The position numbers were made by a program, and so were the translations under genes. 64,000 bases of DNA from Diplonema japonicum. Its lineage: Eukaryota; Protista; Euglenozoa: Diplonemea. Of the stretch, positions 22,196 through 31,279 are shown one piece after another. Below the pieces are notes generated by a model, which saw only the letters and a program-made list of their open reading frames with translations, did not search any database and had not been told where the DNA came from. The stretch spans positions 186,001 to 250,000 of the forward strand of contig OZ025724.1 of assembly GCA_964019335.1 (NCBI GenBank), in the 5' to 3' direction. Each line of letters begins with the position of its first letter. The first letter of the stretch is position 1.

Positions 22196-25100
22196 TTAGT
22201 CCCCGTTGTCCCCGTTCTGGGGGCTCTGGCGGGTTCCTACTGCGGTGGTCATGCTGCGGGGCAGCCTTGTCGGTGTCTGCGACAGGTACCTGTCCCGCAA
22301 GCCTTCGATGCTACTCATGGTTCGTTCCGGGAGTACTGGCCTCCTGTCATACCCGTGTGTGGTCGGTCCTCCGATACAGCGTAGGGAGTTGACGCGCTCC
22401 ACTCGCGCCGCTGGGAACGCTACCCCTCTGCCATCAGCGTGGTACAGGTCCTGGACTCGTCTCAGCACATACCGTAGCCTCCTTGCCTTGACGCCCAGGT
22501 CCTCCACCTTGCCCACTTCCCCGCCGTCGTCCAGCGGCAGCTCCATCTCCCGCTCGAAGTCGAGGGCCAGCTCTAACGTCGTCACCGCCGTGTGCCGACC
22601 AGGCGCGTCATCCCACAGCAGGCCTCCCAACCACCTCAGCACCGGCCTCAGCAGCTTGTCCATCACCGTTCCTGACGCCCCCAGCCTTCGTAGTTCAGAC
22701 ACCGCCGGCGTCGGGTGCGCCCTCCCCGTCACGACCGCCCGCCACGGGTAAGCTTGTGTCTGCAGTGCGCGGTTCGCTTCCACCGCTGCATCCCTCCGCG
22801 TGACTACCTCCAGCAGGTACTTCTGCACCAGTAAGGCCCTTGGCTTGTCTTGGCAGCCTCTGGGCACCACCCCATGGAGCCTCGTCGCCTTCGGCATAGC
22901 TGCCGGGTCCAGGTTCGCGTACTCCACCTTGCTCTGCACCGCGACACCCGGCTCGCATCGCCAGAGGGCGTGCTCCAGCACCTCCGTGTAGCTGCCGAAC
23001 CGTTCCTCACACACGTCGCAGAGGTGCTGCAGCGGGTTGTTCGGTTCCTGCGCCACGCCCCGCGCTCCCGGGTAGACCGCAAACACCGCTCCTGCAATCA
23101 GCCTCCTCAGTCGGTACGCCGCCACTGGGTTGCCCGAGAGTGACCTCCACCACACGTTCGTGTCCGGGTCGGCTCCCTCCGGCATGCCGTCGTAGGAGTC
23201 CCTCCCTTCTGCTAGCTCGGCTGCCGTCATGGCCCTCGCCACCCGCCGGATCTCGTGCTTGCGCTCGCGTTCCGGCATGGCACCCAGCCCCACCACGAAA
23301 TTCCAGCCTTTCCCGATCGCCGGCAGCCATCTTCTCATCAGGGTCCCCACTGGCCCCAGGGCTTCAATATCGCACTCCCGGTACAGGGCGGCACACCTCC
23401 CCATCCGGTCCCACAGCTCCGTATCCGACCCGCCTACCTTCACCACTGTGCACAGCAGTCGGTAAAGTGTCACCACCAGCGGGTCCGTCGTGTGCCCTGG
23501 CAGCAAGACGTTCGCAACAGCACACGGCGAGCGCATCTTGAACTTCGGTCCCCAGAGGCACGTCGCAACACTCGCTCGGATTGTACCCGCATCCATTTTC
23601 GAGGGGGGTGCATAGGCAACACCGTAGAGGCAGGAGGGGAGAATGGAGCTGGTGAGGATCCTCGCCTTCTGTGTGAACCCCAGCGGCATGGCGGCCAGTC
23701 TCCCGCAAGCGCGTCCCATCGCCTCAAGGGGCTTCGCCCTGTGCTCGCCGTCCATACATACCCGGACTCCCAGGACGTTGATCTCCTTTTTGGCCGTGAA
23801 CACCTCACGTCCGCACTTCACCGTTCCGTGTTCTGCCGTTGTGAACAGGTCTGTCTTCCTCAGGTTGAGGTTCATCCCTGTCAGCAGAGAGAACTCGCAC
23901 ACCCCCGCTGCCGCCTTCTCCAGGGCGCTGAGCAGAGCTGCTATCAAGTAGACGTCGTCCGCGTATGACAGGGAATCAGCGCCGGGCACCTCCGCCATGA
24001 TGGCCTTCACCATCACCCCTACCAGCGCGTTCACCATCACCACCGAGATCGGGCACCCCTGCAGGATGCCGTTCGACGTAGCAAATTCGTCACCCACCCC
24101 TGTCGGGTATTTGAACCTCCGTCTGAGGGATTCGTACATCGTCTCCAGAGGGCGCAGTATGTTCTGATGCAGTCCCAGGTCCCCCACTAGCCCGAGCGCC
24201 ACTTCCCGCGGGATTCGGTCGAAGCACTTGACAAAGTCTAGCGCGAGCCCGTGCATCGGCGTTCCCGATAGCAGAGCTTCTTCGAGCTGCGTCGTCAGTT
24301 CCAGCAGTAGCGTGTCCGTACCCCTCCTCGACCTAAACCCATGTTGTGACGCGTCCGCCCACGACTCCTGCCAGACCAAGATGCGTCTCATCCTCGTTGT
24401 CGCCCACAGCCTGTACACGGCGCTGGTGACGGTGATCGGGCGGTGGTCCAACGGGGCTCTGCCCTCGCCTTTCGGGATCAGAGAGACAAGCGCTGTCAAT
24501 AGCGCCTCCGGCCACTTGCCGGTCTCCTCGACGATGTTGAAGAGCTGCGCCCACCTCTCGAGCAGCGCGTCAGGTATAGCCTTCAGTTCCGTGATCCTCC
24601 AGCCGTCGACGCCTGGGGTGCCCCTCGCAGGTCTGCTGTTTAACACCTCCCTGAGGTCGCCCCCCGTGATCGGCTCCAGTTCCATGGGGTGTTTATCGAT
24701 ATACCCGCCATACCTCTCTTTGAAAGCAGCGTAGGAAGGTCGGTCACTTTTGTCCGGGTACAGGTGGAAGACGGAGGCCCATGCCCCCCTCATCAGCGCG
24801 TCTATCTCCCCCAGATCTACCGTCAGCCTGCCGTCCTCCTTCGCGACTGCCAATGTGTGAACATCCTTGTCACCTCTAACGTAAGCTACGATCCTCCGCC
24901 TGTCGTCACGGAAATCAGCTGCCACCCGTTTCCTATAACTTGCCTCGTTCTCCAGGCGTTGCCGCATCACCGTGTCTCTGTCAGCCTGCTCCGCCGCAGC
25001 CTCCAGCTCCCGCAGTCCCACCAGCGCAGCCCCCAGGCTAGCCCCCCGTAGCAGGTCCTTGTCCGGCACGACCCCAAGGTGCATCTTCTCGGCCAGCTTA

Positions 25101-26329
25101 ACGATGTTCCGCCACGTCCCGTGCAGCATCGCTGGCAGCGTCCCCGGCCCACCACGCAGCAGTGCCTCGTTCAGCCCCGTCCTGAGCGCCACGATTTTCC
25201 TCCTGAGGCTGCCGTGCATCGTCTGGCCTCGTGCGGCAGCTCCCCCTGACGTCCCCGTCGACTTCGCTGCTACCATCTTCTCCGTCAGCTCTCGCGGCTC
25301 TCCTCTGCCTACGTACGACCTCACCTCCGTCACTCCGGCTGAGCTCAGCATATAGCGTTCGGTAGCGCAGCTCAGCAAGGCGTAGAGGCCCCCCACGTCC
25401 CTGGCGTCAACTGCTTGGTGGATTGCGTCGTCGCCGGCAAGCCCTTGGTCAAGATCAGCGTCGGGCGTCACCGCTCCCACCGGTAGCTCCTTCGGGAGGA
25501 AGAAACGTTTCGTCCGCTTCTTGAGCGTCGGCGTGAAGAGCTCAACGGACAGACACAGGTGCTCCCCGGTCCGCACCCTCTTGTGTGTCCAGAAGCGTTT
25601 CAGCGCTCCGGCAGCCACCGCGTTGGCCAGGACGAAGTCTATCCGCGTCTTCGTCTCCGTCCCGGGTCGTTCGAAGGTGTGGTCCGGTTCCCGTCCGTCC
25701 TTCTCGGCCTGAAGCGCCCCGACGTCGACCCAGTCGTTTTCCACCGCGTGTTTCAGCGTCGCTGACCCGGAAACGTCCGTGTTCAGATCCCCTAAGACCA
25801 GGATCGGCACCTCCCCGAGTTTAGCCCTCAGTTCAACGAGCAGCGAGTGTAGGAGTCGTTCCCTGTCAGCCTTCCCGTAGTGGCCGGCGCTGCAGTACAC
25901 CGTGATGACGTGGACCCATAGATCGCGGCCATCCACATTTATCATAGTGTGCAGCCACCTGTTCGGCTGCACTGTGATCCCCGATACTGGAGCCACGATG
26001 GCCGGCCTGCCTTTCTTCGTCAGCACAGCGACGCCCCCCCTTTGCCCAAGGTTTGGATTGAGTACCCCTGCCCTGTCCGGCGTGCCATCCTGAGCGCGAC
26101 CCCACAGGGGGTGATACCCGCCTTCATCAACAGCTTGCGACAGTTGGCGTTGACCGTGCTCAGTGAGTTTGGTCTCCTGCAGGCAGATCACCTCATCCTG
26201 CGTTGCTAGGACCTGCGGGAGCTTGTTGTGCAGGGACCCGACATTCACCGATGTGATCCGGAGCACGTCATCGAGCAGAGGTGGGCCACTAGCGCTTCCT
26301 CCACTCATCCCTGCCACAAGCTGTAATTG
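22196..26329 (-). CDS. Retrotransposon ORF2: APE endonuclease, reverse transcriptase, C-terminal CCHC knuckle
   Basis: APE: NVGSL, LQET, GDLNT, RIDFVL, GEH. RT: PGVDG, RPIT, QHGFR, DFVKCFD, GILQGCPIS, YADD. CDVC..EHALWRC. Open from the codon right after the ORF1 stop, in the same frame; first ATG at 26308. Confidence 0.95.
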   Translation of the reverse strand, partial: QLQLVAGMSGGSASGPPLLDDVLRITSVNVGSLHNKLPQVLATQDEVICLQETKLTEHGQRQLSQAVDEGGYHPLWGRAQDGTPDRAGVLNPNLGQRGGVAVLTKKGRPAIVAPVSGITVQPNRWLHTMINVDGRDLWVHVITVYCSAGHYGKADRERLLHSLLVELRAKLGEVPILVLGDLNTDVSGSATLKHAVENDWVDVGALQAEKDGREPDHTFERPGTETKTRIDFVLANAVAAGALKRFWTHKRVRTGEHLCLSVELFTPTLKKRTKRFFLPKELPVGAVTPDADLDQGLAGDDAIHQAVDARDVGGLYALLSCATERYMLSSAGVTEVRSYVGRGEPRELTEKMVAAKSTGTSGGAAARGQTMHGSLRRKIVALRTGLNEALLRGGPGTLPAMLHGTWRNIVKLAEKMHLGVVPDKDLLRGASLGAALVGLRELEAAAEQADRDTVMRQRLENEASYRKRVAADFRDDRRRIVAYVRGDKDVHTLAVAKEDGRLTVDLGEIDALMRGAWASVFHLYPDKSDRPSYAAFKERYGGYIDKHPMELEPITGGDLREVLNSRPARGTPGVDGWRITELKAIPDALLERWAQLFNIVEETGKWPEALLTALVSLIPKGEGRAPLDHRPITVTSAVYRLWATTRMRRILVWQESWADASQHGFRSRRGTDTLLLELTTQLEEALLSGTPMHGLALDFVKCFDRIPREVALGLVGDLGLHQNILRPLETMYESLRRRFKYPTGVGDEFATSNGILQGCPISVVMVNALVGVMVKAIMAEVPGADSLSYADDVYLIAALLSALEKAAAGVCEFSLLTGMNLNLRKTDLFTTAEHGTVKCGREVFTAKKEINVLGVRVCMDGEHRAKPLEAMGRACGRLAAMPLGFTQKARILTSSILPSCLYGVAYAPPSKMDAGTIRASVATCLWGPKFKMRSPCAVANVLLPGHTTDPLVVTLYRLLCTVVKVGGSDTELWDRMGRCAALYRECDIEALGPVGTLMRRWLPAIGKGWNFVVGLGAMPERERKHEIRRVARAMTAAELAEGRDSYDGMPEGADPDTNVWWRSLSGNPVAAYRLRRLIAGAVFAVYPGARGVAQEPNNPLQHLCDVCEERFGSYTEVLEHALWRCEPGVAVQSKVEYANLDPAAMPKATRLHGVVPRGCQDKPRALLVQKYLLEVVTRRDAAVEANRALQTQAYPWRAVVTGRAHPTPAVSELRRLGASGTVMDKLLRPVLRWLGGLLWDDAPGRHTAVTTLELALDFEREMELPLDDGGEVGKVEDLGVKARRLRYVLRRVQDLYHADGRGVAFPAARVERVNSLRCIGGPTTHGYDRRPVLPERTMSSIEGLRDRYLSQTPTRLPRSMTTAVGTRQSPQNGDNGD

Positions 26330-26335
26330 CTATTG
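26321..26335 (-). promoter_or_regulatory. Stop-codon readthrough signal CAA-TAG-CAA-TTA-CAG
   Basis: Minus strand reads (CAA)5 TAG CAA TTA CAG CTT GTG; fits the UAG-CAR-YYA consensus and separates two in-frame ORFs. Confidence 0.85.
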
Positions 26336-28624
26336 TTGTTGTTGTTGCACCGGCCCTTGGGGCAGCAGTAGCGGGGTGGCCGGGTGCTGTGGGTCGACCT
26401 GCATCTGTCCCGTTGGTGTGCTAGCGGTGGATCTCGTGCCGGACTTCGAGACCTTCCCGCCCTTTTCCTCACCTCCTGCCGTCCTCTTCCGACTAGCACT
26501 GCTCGTCAACGCCACCGCCGCCAACTCGGCAAGCTGTTGTTCCACGTCCATCAAACGCATTTGCGTGCTCTCCTGCGCCTTCTGCATCCGAGTGATCTTT
26601 GCCAGGGCCTCTCGTAGTGCCTGCGCCATCGCCTGCTGGTCCGCCTGCCTCCTCTCCTGCTCGAGTCGAAGCTTCGCCATCGTCTCCTCGTGTCGGCGGT
26701 CCTTTTCGGCGTACTCGGCCTCCTTGGACTGCCACCACGAGTGGAACGATTGCTCGGCTCCCTCACTCCGCGTCGGACGCTTGGCAGGTCGAGGTTGTGC
26801 GGCGGGCCGCAGGGGTGGGAAGTCGCTCGTCTTGTTCTTGGTCGCAGGTGGAGGGGGAGGCTTATGTGCTGGCTTCTTTGCCCCACACTTGCTCCCCCAC
26901 GTGGAGTGCTTCAGGAGGTCTCCTTCCGCACCGTGCGGCCGGATCAGCCACTGCTCGTCGCCGCTCTCGAACATGAGGCCTGGTGGATCAGCCTCCGACG
27001 CTACCAGCCATGTGCAGGTTTTTCTGCCACTCGCCAGTACGCGCACCGCTTGTGCTGCCCACCCGATCGCGCGCAGCCTCTGCTCCACCACCAGCCCCGG
27101 GACCTGCGTTCCCATCCCCTTGACCGTGAAGGGGGCCCCCTTGATCGGCACCGGACGGCGGTCCTTCACCTTCTTCGCGGTCCTGTTGTGGAGGAAGGCC
27201 ACCATTTCTTCTAGTCGTTCTGCTTTCACGCGGATCCCGTACTCTCCCGTGCCCTTGCTCCATGCCACCCCCAGCCCGTCTGCCTGCTTTGCGAGGAGAG
27301 CGGCGTCAGTCGCCGAGGCGCCTTCGATCCACAGAACGGGAAATTTGCTCGTCGATTGGTGTGGGGGACGTACATAGACTCCACCGGTCCCACTGTGTCG
27401 GTACAGGGTCTCCAGGTCCGCTCGGGCAACTACCATGCACAGCTCGGCGCAGCCGTCCCTCTTCGATCCCGTCCTCGGCTCGACCCGCGCCGTGCACTTG
27501 CTCGCGGCCCAGCGAACGAGGTCCCTCCTTGCGTCGTGGTAGTCCTTCTTGGTCCTCTCCACCAAGTAGACCTCGGCAGCACAGCTCTCGACCGCGGGGA
27601 CTACCACCGTCTTCTTGACCTGCTTCAGGGGTGCGCCGCCCTTCGCCGTCACCCACAGCCTGCGCACACACCTGCCCTTGCCGCCGTCGGTCGCCAGCAC
27701 CACCTGCTCCAGTACTCCCGGCATCGTGGGGAGTTTGGCCCTGGACACCAAGGTGGGTCCTTCCTTGTCGTCTGCGTCCATCAGCCACAGGGACGCCACC
27801 TTTTCCATACCTGCAGGGACGAGCAGGACCGATCTGTTCCTGCCCACCTGCGGCGTCCAGTCGCCGGAGAATGCCTCCCAGCCGTCACTCACCAGCACCG
27901 CGTCGTCTTTCGTCGTTGCCTCGTTGTCACCGTCCTCGGCGTCCTTCGTTTCCTTAGCCTTTCGGGCTGCTGCCGCTCTCCTCTTCGCGCTCTCGCTCAG
28001 GAAGGGCATGGGCACCTTCGGGTTGTTGTAGGTGCCTGCTGCCGGGAGCGTTGTGCCCTCACGCACCGACAGCGCCACGTAATGGGCGGCAGCGAACCCC
28101 AGGTATATGGGGGTGCTCTCTACCGCGTTGCGCGAGGGGAAGGAGGTGCACAACAGCTCCCCGTCCTTCACCTGGTAGCAGGCCAGGTGGCGCCGGCACA
28201 CCACGCTGAGCGCGAGGAGCTGCAGGATGTCCCCCCACGCTCCGTCCTTCACTGCTTGCACATATTCCCCGTAGCGCTCGGGGGCATACAGCAGTGCACT
28301 GTTGTCGGTTGATGCCAGGTGGCTAGCCACCAGCTCCCTCAAGGCCGATCCAGCAGAGGTGCCCTGATGGATCGCTACTGATGTCGCCTCGTAGAGGCAG
28401 TCCCCCTCCGTCTTGGAGAAGTCTCTGATCGAGAACCCTTCTCCCAGCTTCGCCTGAAGCTCCGCCTTCGCCTTGCCCACCTCGCTTCCCGTTCCCGTCC
28501 CGCGGCCGGAGCCTTCGCCGCTACCACCACCCCCCATGTGGCAGCGTTGCCCGGGGTTCAACCTCGAGGAGGTCGCTCCCACCGCGCTGGACGTCGATGA
28601 TAGTGTTGGTGTTGATGTTGCCAT
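26330..28624 (-). CDS. Retrotransposon ORF1: N-terminal OTU-like cysteine protease and C-terminal coiled coil (764 aa)
   Basis: EGDCLYEA (Cys76), LRELVASHL, AWGDILQLLALS, IYLGFAAAHYVAL (His181). Heptad-like region EETMAKLRLEQ...LAELAA near the C-terminus. Confidence 0.85.
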   Translation of the reverse strand: MATSTPTLSSTSSAVGATSSRLNPGQRCHMGGGGSGEGSGRGTGTGSEVGKAKAELQAKLGEGFSIRDFSKTEGDCLYEATSVAIHQGTSAGSALRELVASHLASTDNSALLYAPERYGEYVQAVKDGAWGDILQLLALSVVCRRHLACYQVKDGELLCTSFPSRNAVESTPIYLGFAAAHYVALSVREGTTLPAAGTYNNPKVPMPFLSESAKRRAAAARKAKETKDAEDGDNEATTKDDAVLVSDGWEAFSGDWTPQVGRNRSVLLVPAGMEKVASLWLMDADDKEGPTLVSRAKLPTMPGVLEQVVLATDGGKGRCVRRLWVTAKGGAPLKQVKKTVVVPAVESCAAEVYLVERTKKDYHDARRDLVRWAASKCTARVEPRTGSKRDGCAELCMVVARADLETLYRHSGTGGVYVRPPHQSTSKFPVLWIEGASATDAALLAKQADGLGVAWSKGTGEYGIRVKAERLEEMVAFLHNRTAKKVKDRRPVPIKGAPFTVKGMGTQVPGLVVEQRLRAIGWAAQAVRVLASGRKTCTWLVASEADPPGLMFESGDEQWLIRPHGAEGDLLKHSTWGSKCGAKKPAHKPPPPPATKNKTSDFPPLRPAAQPRPAKRPTRSEGAEQSFHSWWQSKEAEYAEKDRRHEETMAKLRLEQERRQADQQAMAQALREALAKITRMQKAQESTQMRLMDVEQQLAELAAVALTSSASRKRTAGGEEKGGKVSKSGTRSTASTPTGQMQVDPQHPATPLLLPQGPVQQQQQ

Positions 28625-28689
28625 AATGTTTCTTTTAACCCAAATTCAGAACCCCTGAAAAACGTTCTTTTTTTTTTTTTTTTTTTTTT

Positions 28690-30759
28690 TCATTTCTTGC
28701 ACTGGCACGTCTTCGGCTTCCCGACAGCAGGATCAGGGAACACCCCGTTGCCAATGCGGTTCACACATTTCACAGAACTCTTCCCCGCCATTTTCATATC
28801 ATACACACTCCACCGCGTCTCCTTCGGGGTTCCAAATCGCACTACTGTGTCGCACTGACACTCCCCGGCCTCCTTTGCACAATGCACCCACGTTTCTGAC
28901 GACGGAAACGACTGATTCCAAACAATGGACAATGGCCCGTCAGCCATAAGACAGCAGTCATGGCCTTGAATCTCAGCAATACCAGGAGCGGCACTGCAGA
29001 TTTTCTCATTTGTGACGTACCCATCATCATAGATTTCCCTGACGAAAACCGTCCCGATTCTGCTGTGGCTTTCGTAAACATCAATGGGGGTAGGGTCGTC
29101 GCCGCCATGGAGCAGGACAACCTCGTGGGGTTTGTAAGCTTGTGTTACTTCGTCAGACCAAGCCATTGTGCGGGTGGGTGTTGCGTAGATAACTGCGTCG
29201 TACTCTTTTCGAAGGATTCTTTTAGGGATGTCCTCGTGGTCTACCGCCGACGATTCAAATTCATTGTGGGTTCGATGGTTGCCCCACCCGCCCGCTCCTG
29301 AGTAGAATTCTTCTTTTTTCATCGTTTTCACAGATGTCATCAACGCCGTCTTCCTGCCCTTGTTGCAATTTCCGTACATTTTCACCCAATACTCTGAAAC
29401 CGCGTTCCCTTTAGGGGGGACGATGTCGTCTACTTTTTCAAGCTTGCCCATCAATTCCAGTTCTTTAAACCCGCTCCACAACGAGTCGCCCATGAAATCG
29501 GGGTAGCAATGTGAGATAAAAAGAACTTTTTGCGGGTTTGTTGGTCCGCCTGATGCGGTTAAGGCCTCTAGTATGTAAGAAGCCATGGCCTCGGAAGTAA
29601 GGTATTTCCTGGCGTGGGCTTGGATTTTGGACGCGAGGCGGAAGTAATCGGTCTTGTTGAACCGCGACTCATCGATTATAAAGGAGTTCTTTTTGTTGAA
29701 GGAACCGTTGTGATCATCGACAAACGTGACGCCTGGTAGCCGCATGGCTTGTGAAACAAGATCTTTTGGGAAGAATGCCATGGTGTTGCTTGGCATACGG
29801 TCGATGTCTATGAAGTATGGAACACAGCCAGACGATAAAATTTCGTAATGGCGAAGGGCATCCCAACCTTTCTTCTTCCGTGTGACGCAATAGAACGAGT
29901 GTTTGTAATTGCTGAAGTATTCGTGATCCGGCTCGGCTTTTCCTTCTGTGCCCACTTTACCCTTGTGGATATACGTCGCGGTGTTGGATGGGATCAGATC
30001 GGCGAAATGTCTTTCCTTCCACGACACCGAACCGACATACCGATGTCCCGGTACTGAAAACCCAATCGGCCACAGTTCAAAATCCCGGTTTTGATGCCTA
30101 TACCGAACCGGTGAGATGTTTTTCACGGTTTTCCTTGTGGCGGCTTTTTGTGTAGAACATTTTAGAGTGATCTCGGTTTCTCCCGGTTTCACCTCGTGAC
30201 GAACTTCTCGTAAAATATCGCTGGACCCGCATTGGTACTCGATTACGAGTTTGTTCAAACCAGCAACTCGGTCGCCCGGGGCTTTAACTGAACAGGTTTT
30301 TTCCTTCCCGTTGCATTTGGACTGGAAGTGTTTCGACAAATCCGCGTATCCAGGGGGCATTGATGGTACTTTAGGGTATGTTTGAGTATAAGCGTCGTTG
30401 TTGTATTTTGATTGTATGTTGGTGATGATGTTGGTACTTTCTATTGAGGGGCAGTTTGACTGGAGAACTGCGGATGAGATTTGGATAGTGCCGTCGTAGT
30501 CTCTGCTGGGTAGAGCGGGGGTCGATTGGGATCTTTTTTGTGTTGATTCGATTTCGAGTGTTTTTTCCTTGAGGTTTCTCATCTCCCTCCCGAGCTCTTC
30601 GACGCTCCTCCTCGTCTCGTCCAGTTCTTTCTTTACCTTCTCCGTCTCAGCAGTTGAGACCACCACTACATTACCATCGATCACCTTATTGTTTAATGAC
30701 CAGAACACCGGGAACAGCACCAACGGTAGAAGCAGGTATATGACTTTGTTTTGTATCAT
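28690..30759 (-). CDS. Type II membrane glycosyltransferase-like protein (exostosin/GT47-like motif) with coiled coil and Cys-rich modules (689 aa)
   Basis: N-terminal TM VIYLLLPLVLFPVFW; SFYCVTRKKKGWDALRHYEILSSGCVPYF; lectin-like CNGKEKTCSV..LVIEYQC; C-terminal WVHCAKE..CQC..FPDPAVGKPKTCQC. Likely start MIQNK. Confidence 0.65.
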   Translation of the reverse strand: MIQNKVIYLLLPLVLFPVFWSLNNKVIDGNVVVVSTAETEKVKKELDETRRSVEELGREMRNLKEKTLEIESTQKRSQSTPALPSRDYDGTIQISSAVLQSNCPSIESTNIITNIQSKYNNDAYTQTYPKVPSMPPGYADLSKHFQSKCNGKEKTCSVKAPGDRVAGLNKLVIEYQCGSSDILREVRHEVKPGETEITLKCSTQKAATRKTVKNISPVRYRHQNRDFELWPIGFSVPGHRYVGSVSWKERHFADLIPSNTATYIHKGKVGTEGKAEPDHEYFSNYKHSFYCVTRKKKGWDALRHYEILSSGCVPYFIDIDRMPSNTMAFFPKDLVSQAMRLPGVTFVDDHNGSFNKKNSFIIDESRFNKTDYFRLASKIQAHARKYLTSEAMASYILEALTASGGPTNPQKVLFISHCYPDFMGDSLWSGFKELELMGKLEKVDDIVPPKGNAVSEYWVKMYGNCNKGRKTALMTSVKTMKKEEFYSGAGGWGNHRTHNEFESSAVDHEDIPKRILRKEYDAVIYATPTRTMAWSDEVTQAYKPHEVVLLHGGDDPTPIDVYESHSRIGTVFVREIYDDGYVTNEKICSAAPGIAEIQGHDCCLMADGPLSIVWNQSFPSSETWVHCAKEAGECQCDTVVRFGTPKETRWSVYDMKMAGKSSVKCVNRIGNGVFPDPAVGKPKTCQCKK

Positions 30760-31248
30760 TTTTTTTTTTTTTTGGGTTTCCCCCTCCCCCTCCACCTTAA
30801 AATATGGGGGAAGGGAAAAGAGGGGGGGGGAGAAAAAAAAAAAGGGAGAGAGAAAGAAAAAAAAAAAAAAAAAAAAAGAAAAAGAAAAGATAAAAAAAAA
30901 AAAAGAAAATAACTCGCTTTAAGGGGAGGTGTCGTTACGCACCTAGACCCGGGCAAAAAAGAAAAAAAAAAGGTCTTGCTGCCCCCCCTCCCCCCCCCAG
31001 AATAAAAAAATATATTTTTAGTTATGCACATCACGAGGGGAAAAAAAAAGTTCCCCCTCCCCCCTTTTTTTTTTGTATTCCTGATTTGTTTCTGCTAGGA
31101 CTGCTTTGTGACAGCAAGCACTAGAGGGAAGGAAAGGGGGAGGGGTTTCTTTTTTTTTTTTTTTTTTTTTTTTGCTTCGTCCCCACCGGAGTTTTTCTTT
31201 TTTTTTTTTTTTTCTCTTCTTTTTTTTTCTTTGGAGTACAGAAAAGGG

Positions 31249-31279
<31 letters not shown>

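Larger units (their letters stand above)
22149..28654 (-). mobile_element. Apparently intact APE-RT non-LTR retrotransposon (OTU-ORF1 + in-frame ORF2)
   Basis: Two long GC-rich ORFs without disablements, 47-nt 3'UTR ending AATAG followed by a T-run, 30-nt leader after TTTTTCAG. No clear TSD, so the 5' boundary is approximate. Confidence 0.92.

Noticed and set aside
26330-26332. Genome-wide UAG reassignment as explanation for the in-frame stop
   Set aside because: Host genes end normally at TAG (e.g. 8128, 47982) and long ORFs contain no internal TAG, so any readthrough must be context-specific.
26163-28312. Long plus-strand ORFs (404 and 318 aa) within the retrotransposon
   Set aside because: Antisense frames expected in GC-rich coding DNA; no motifs.
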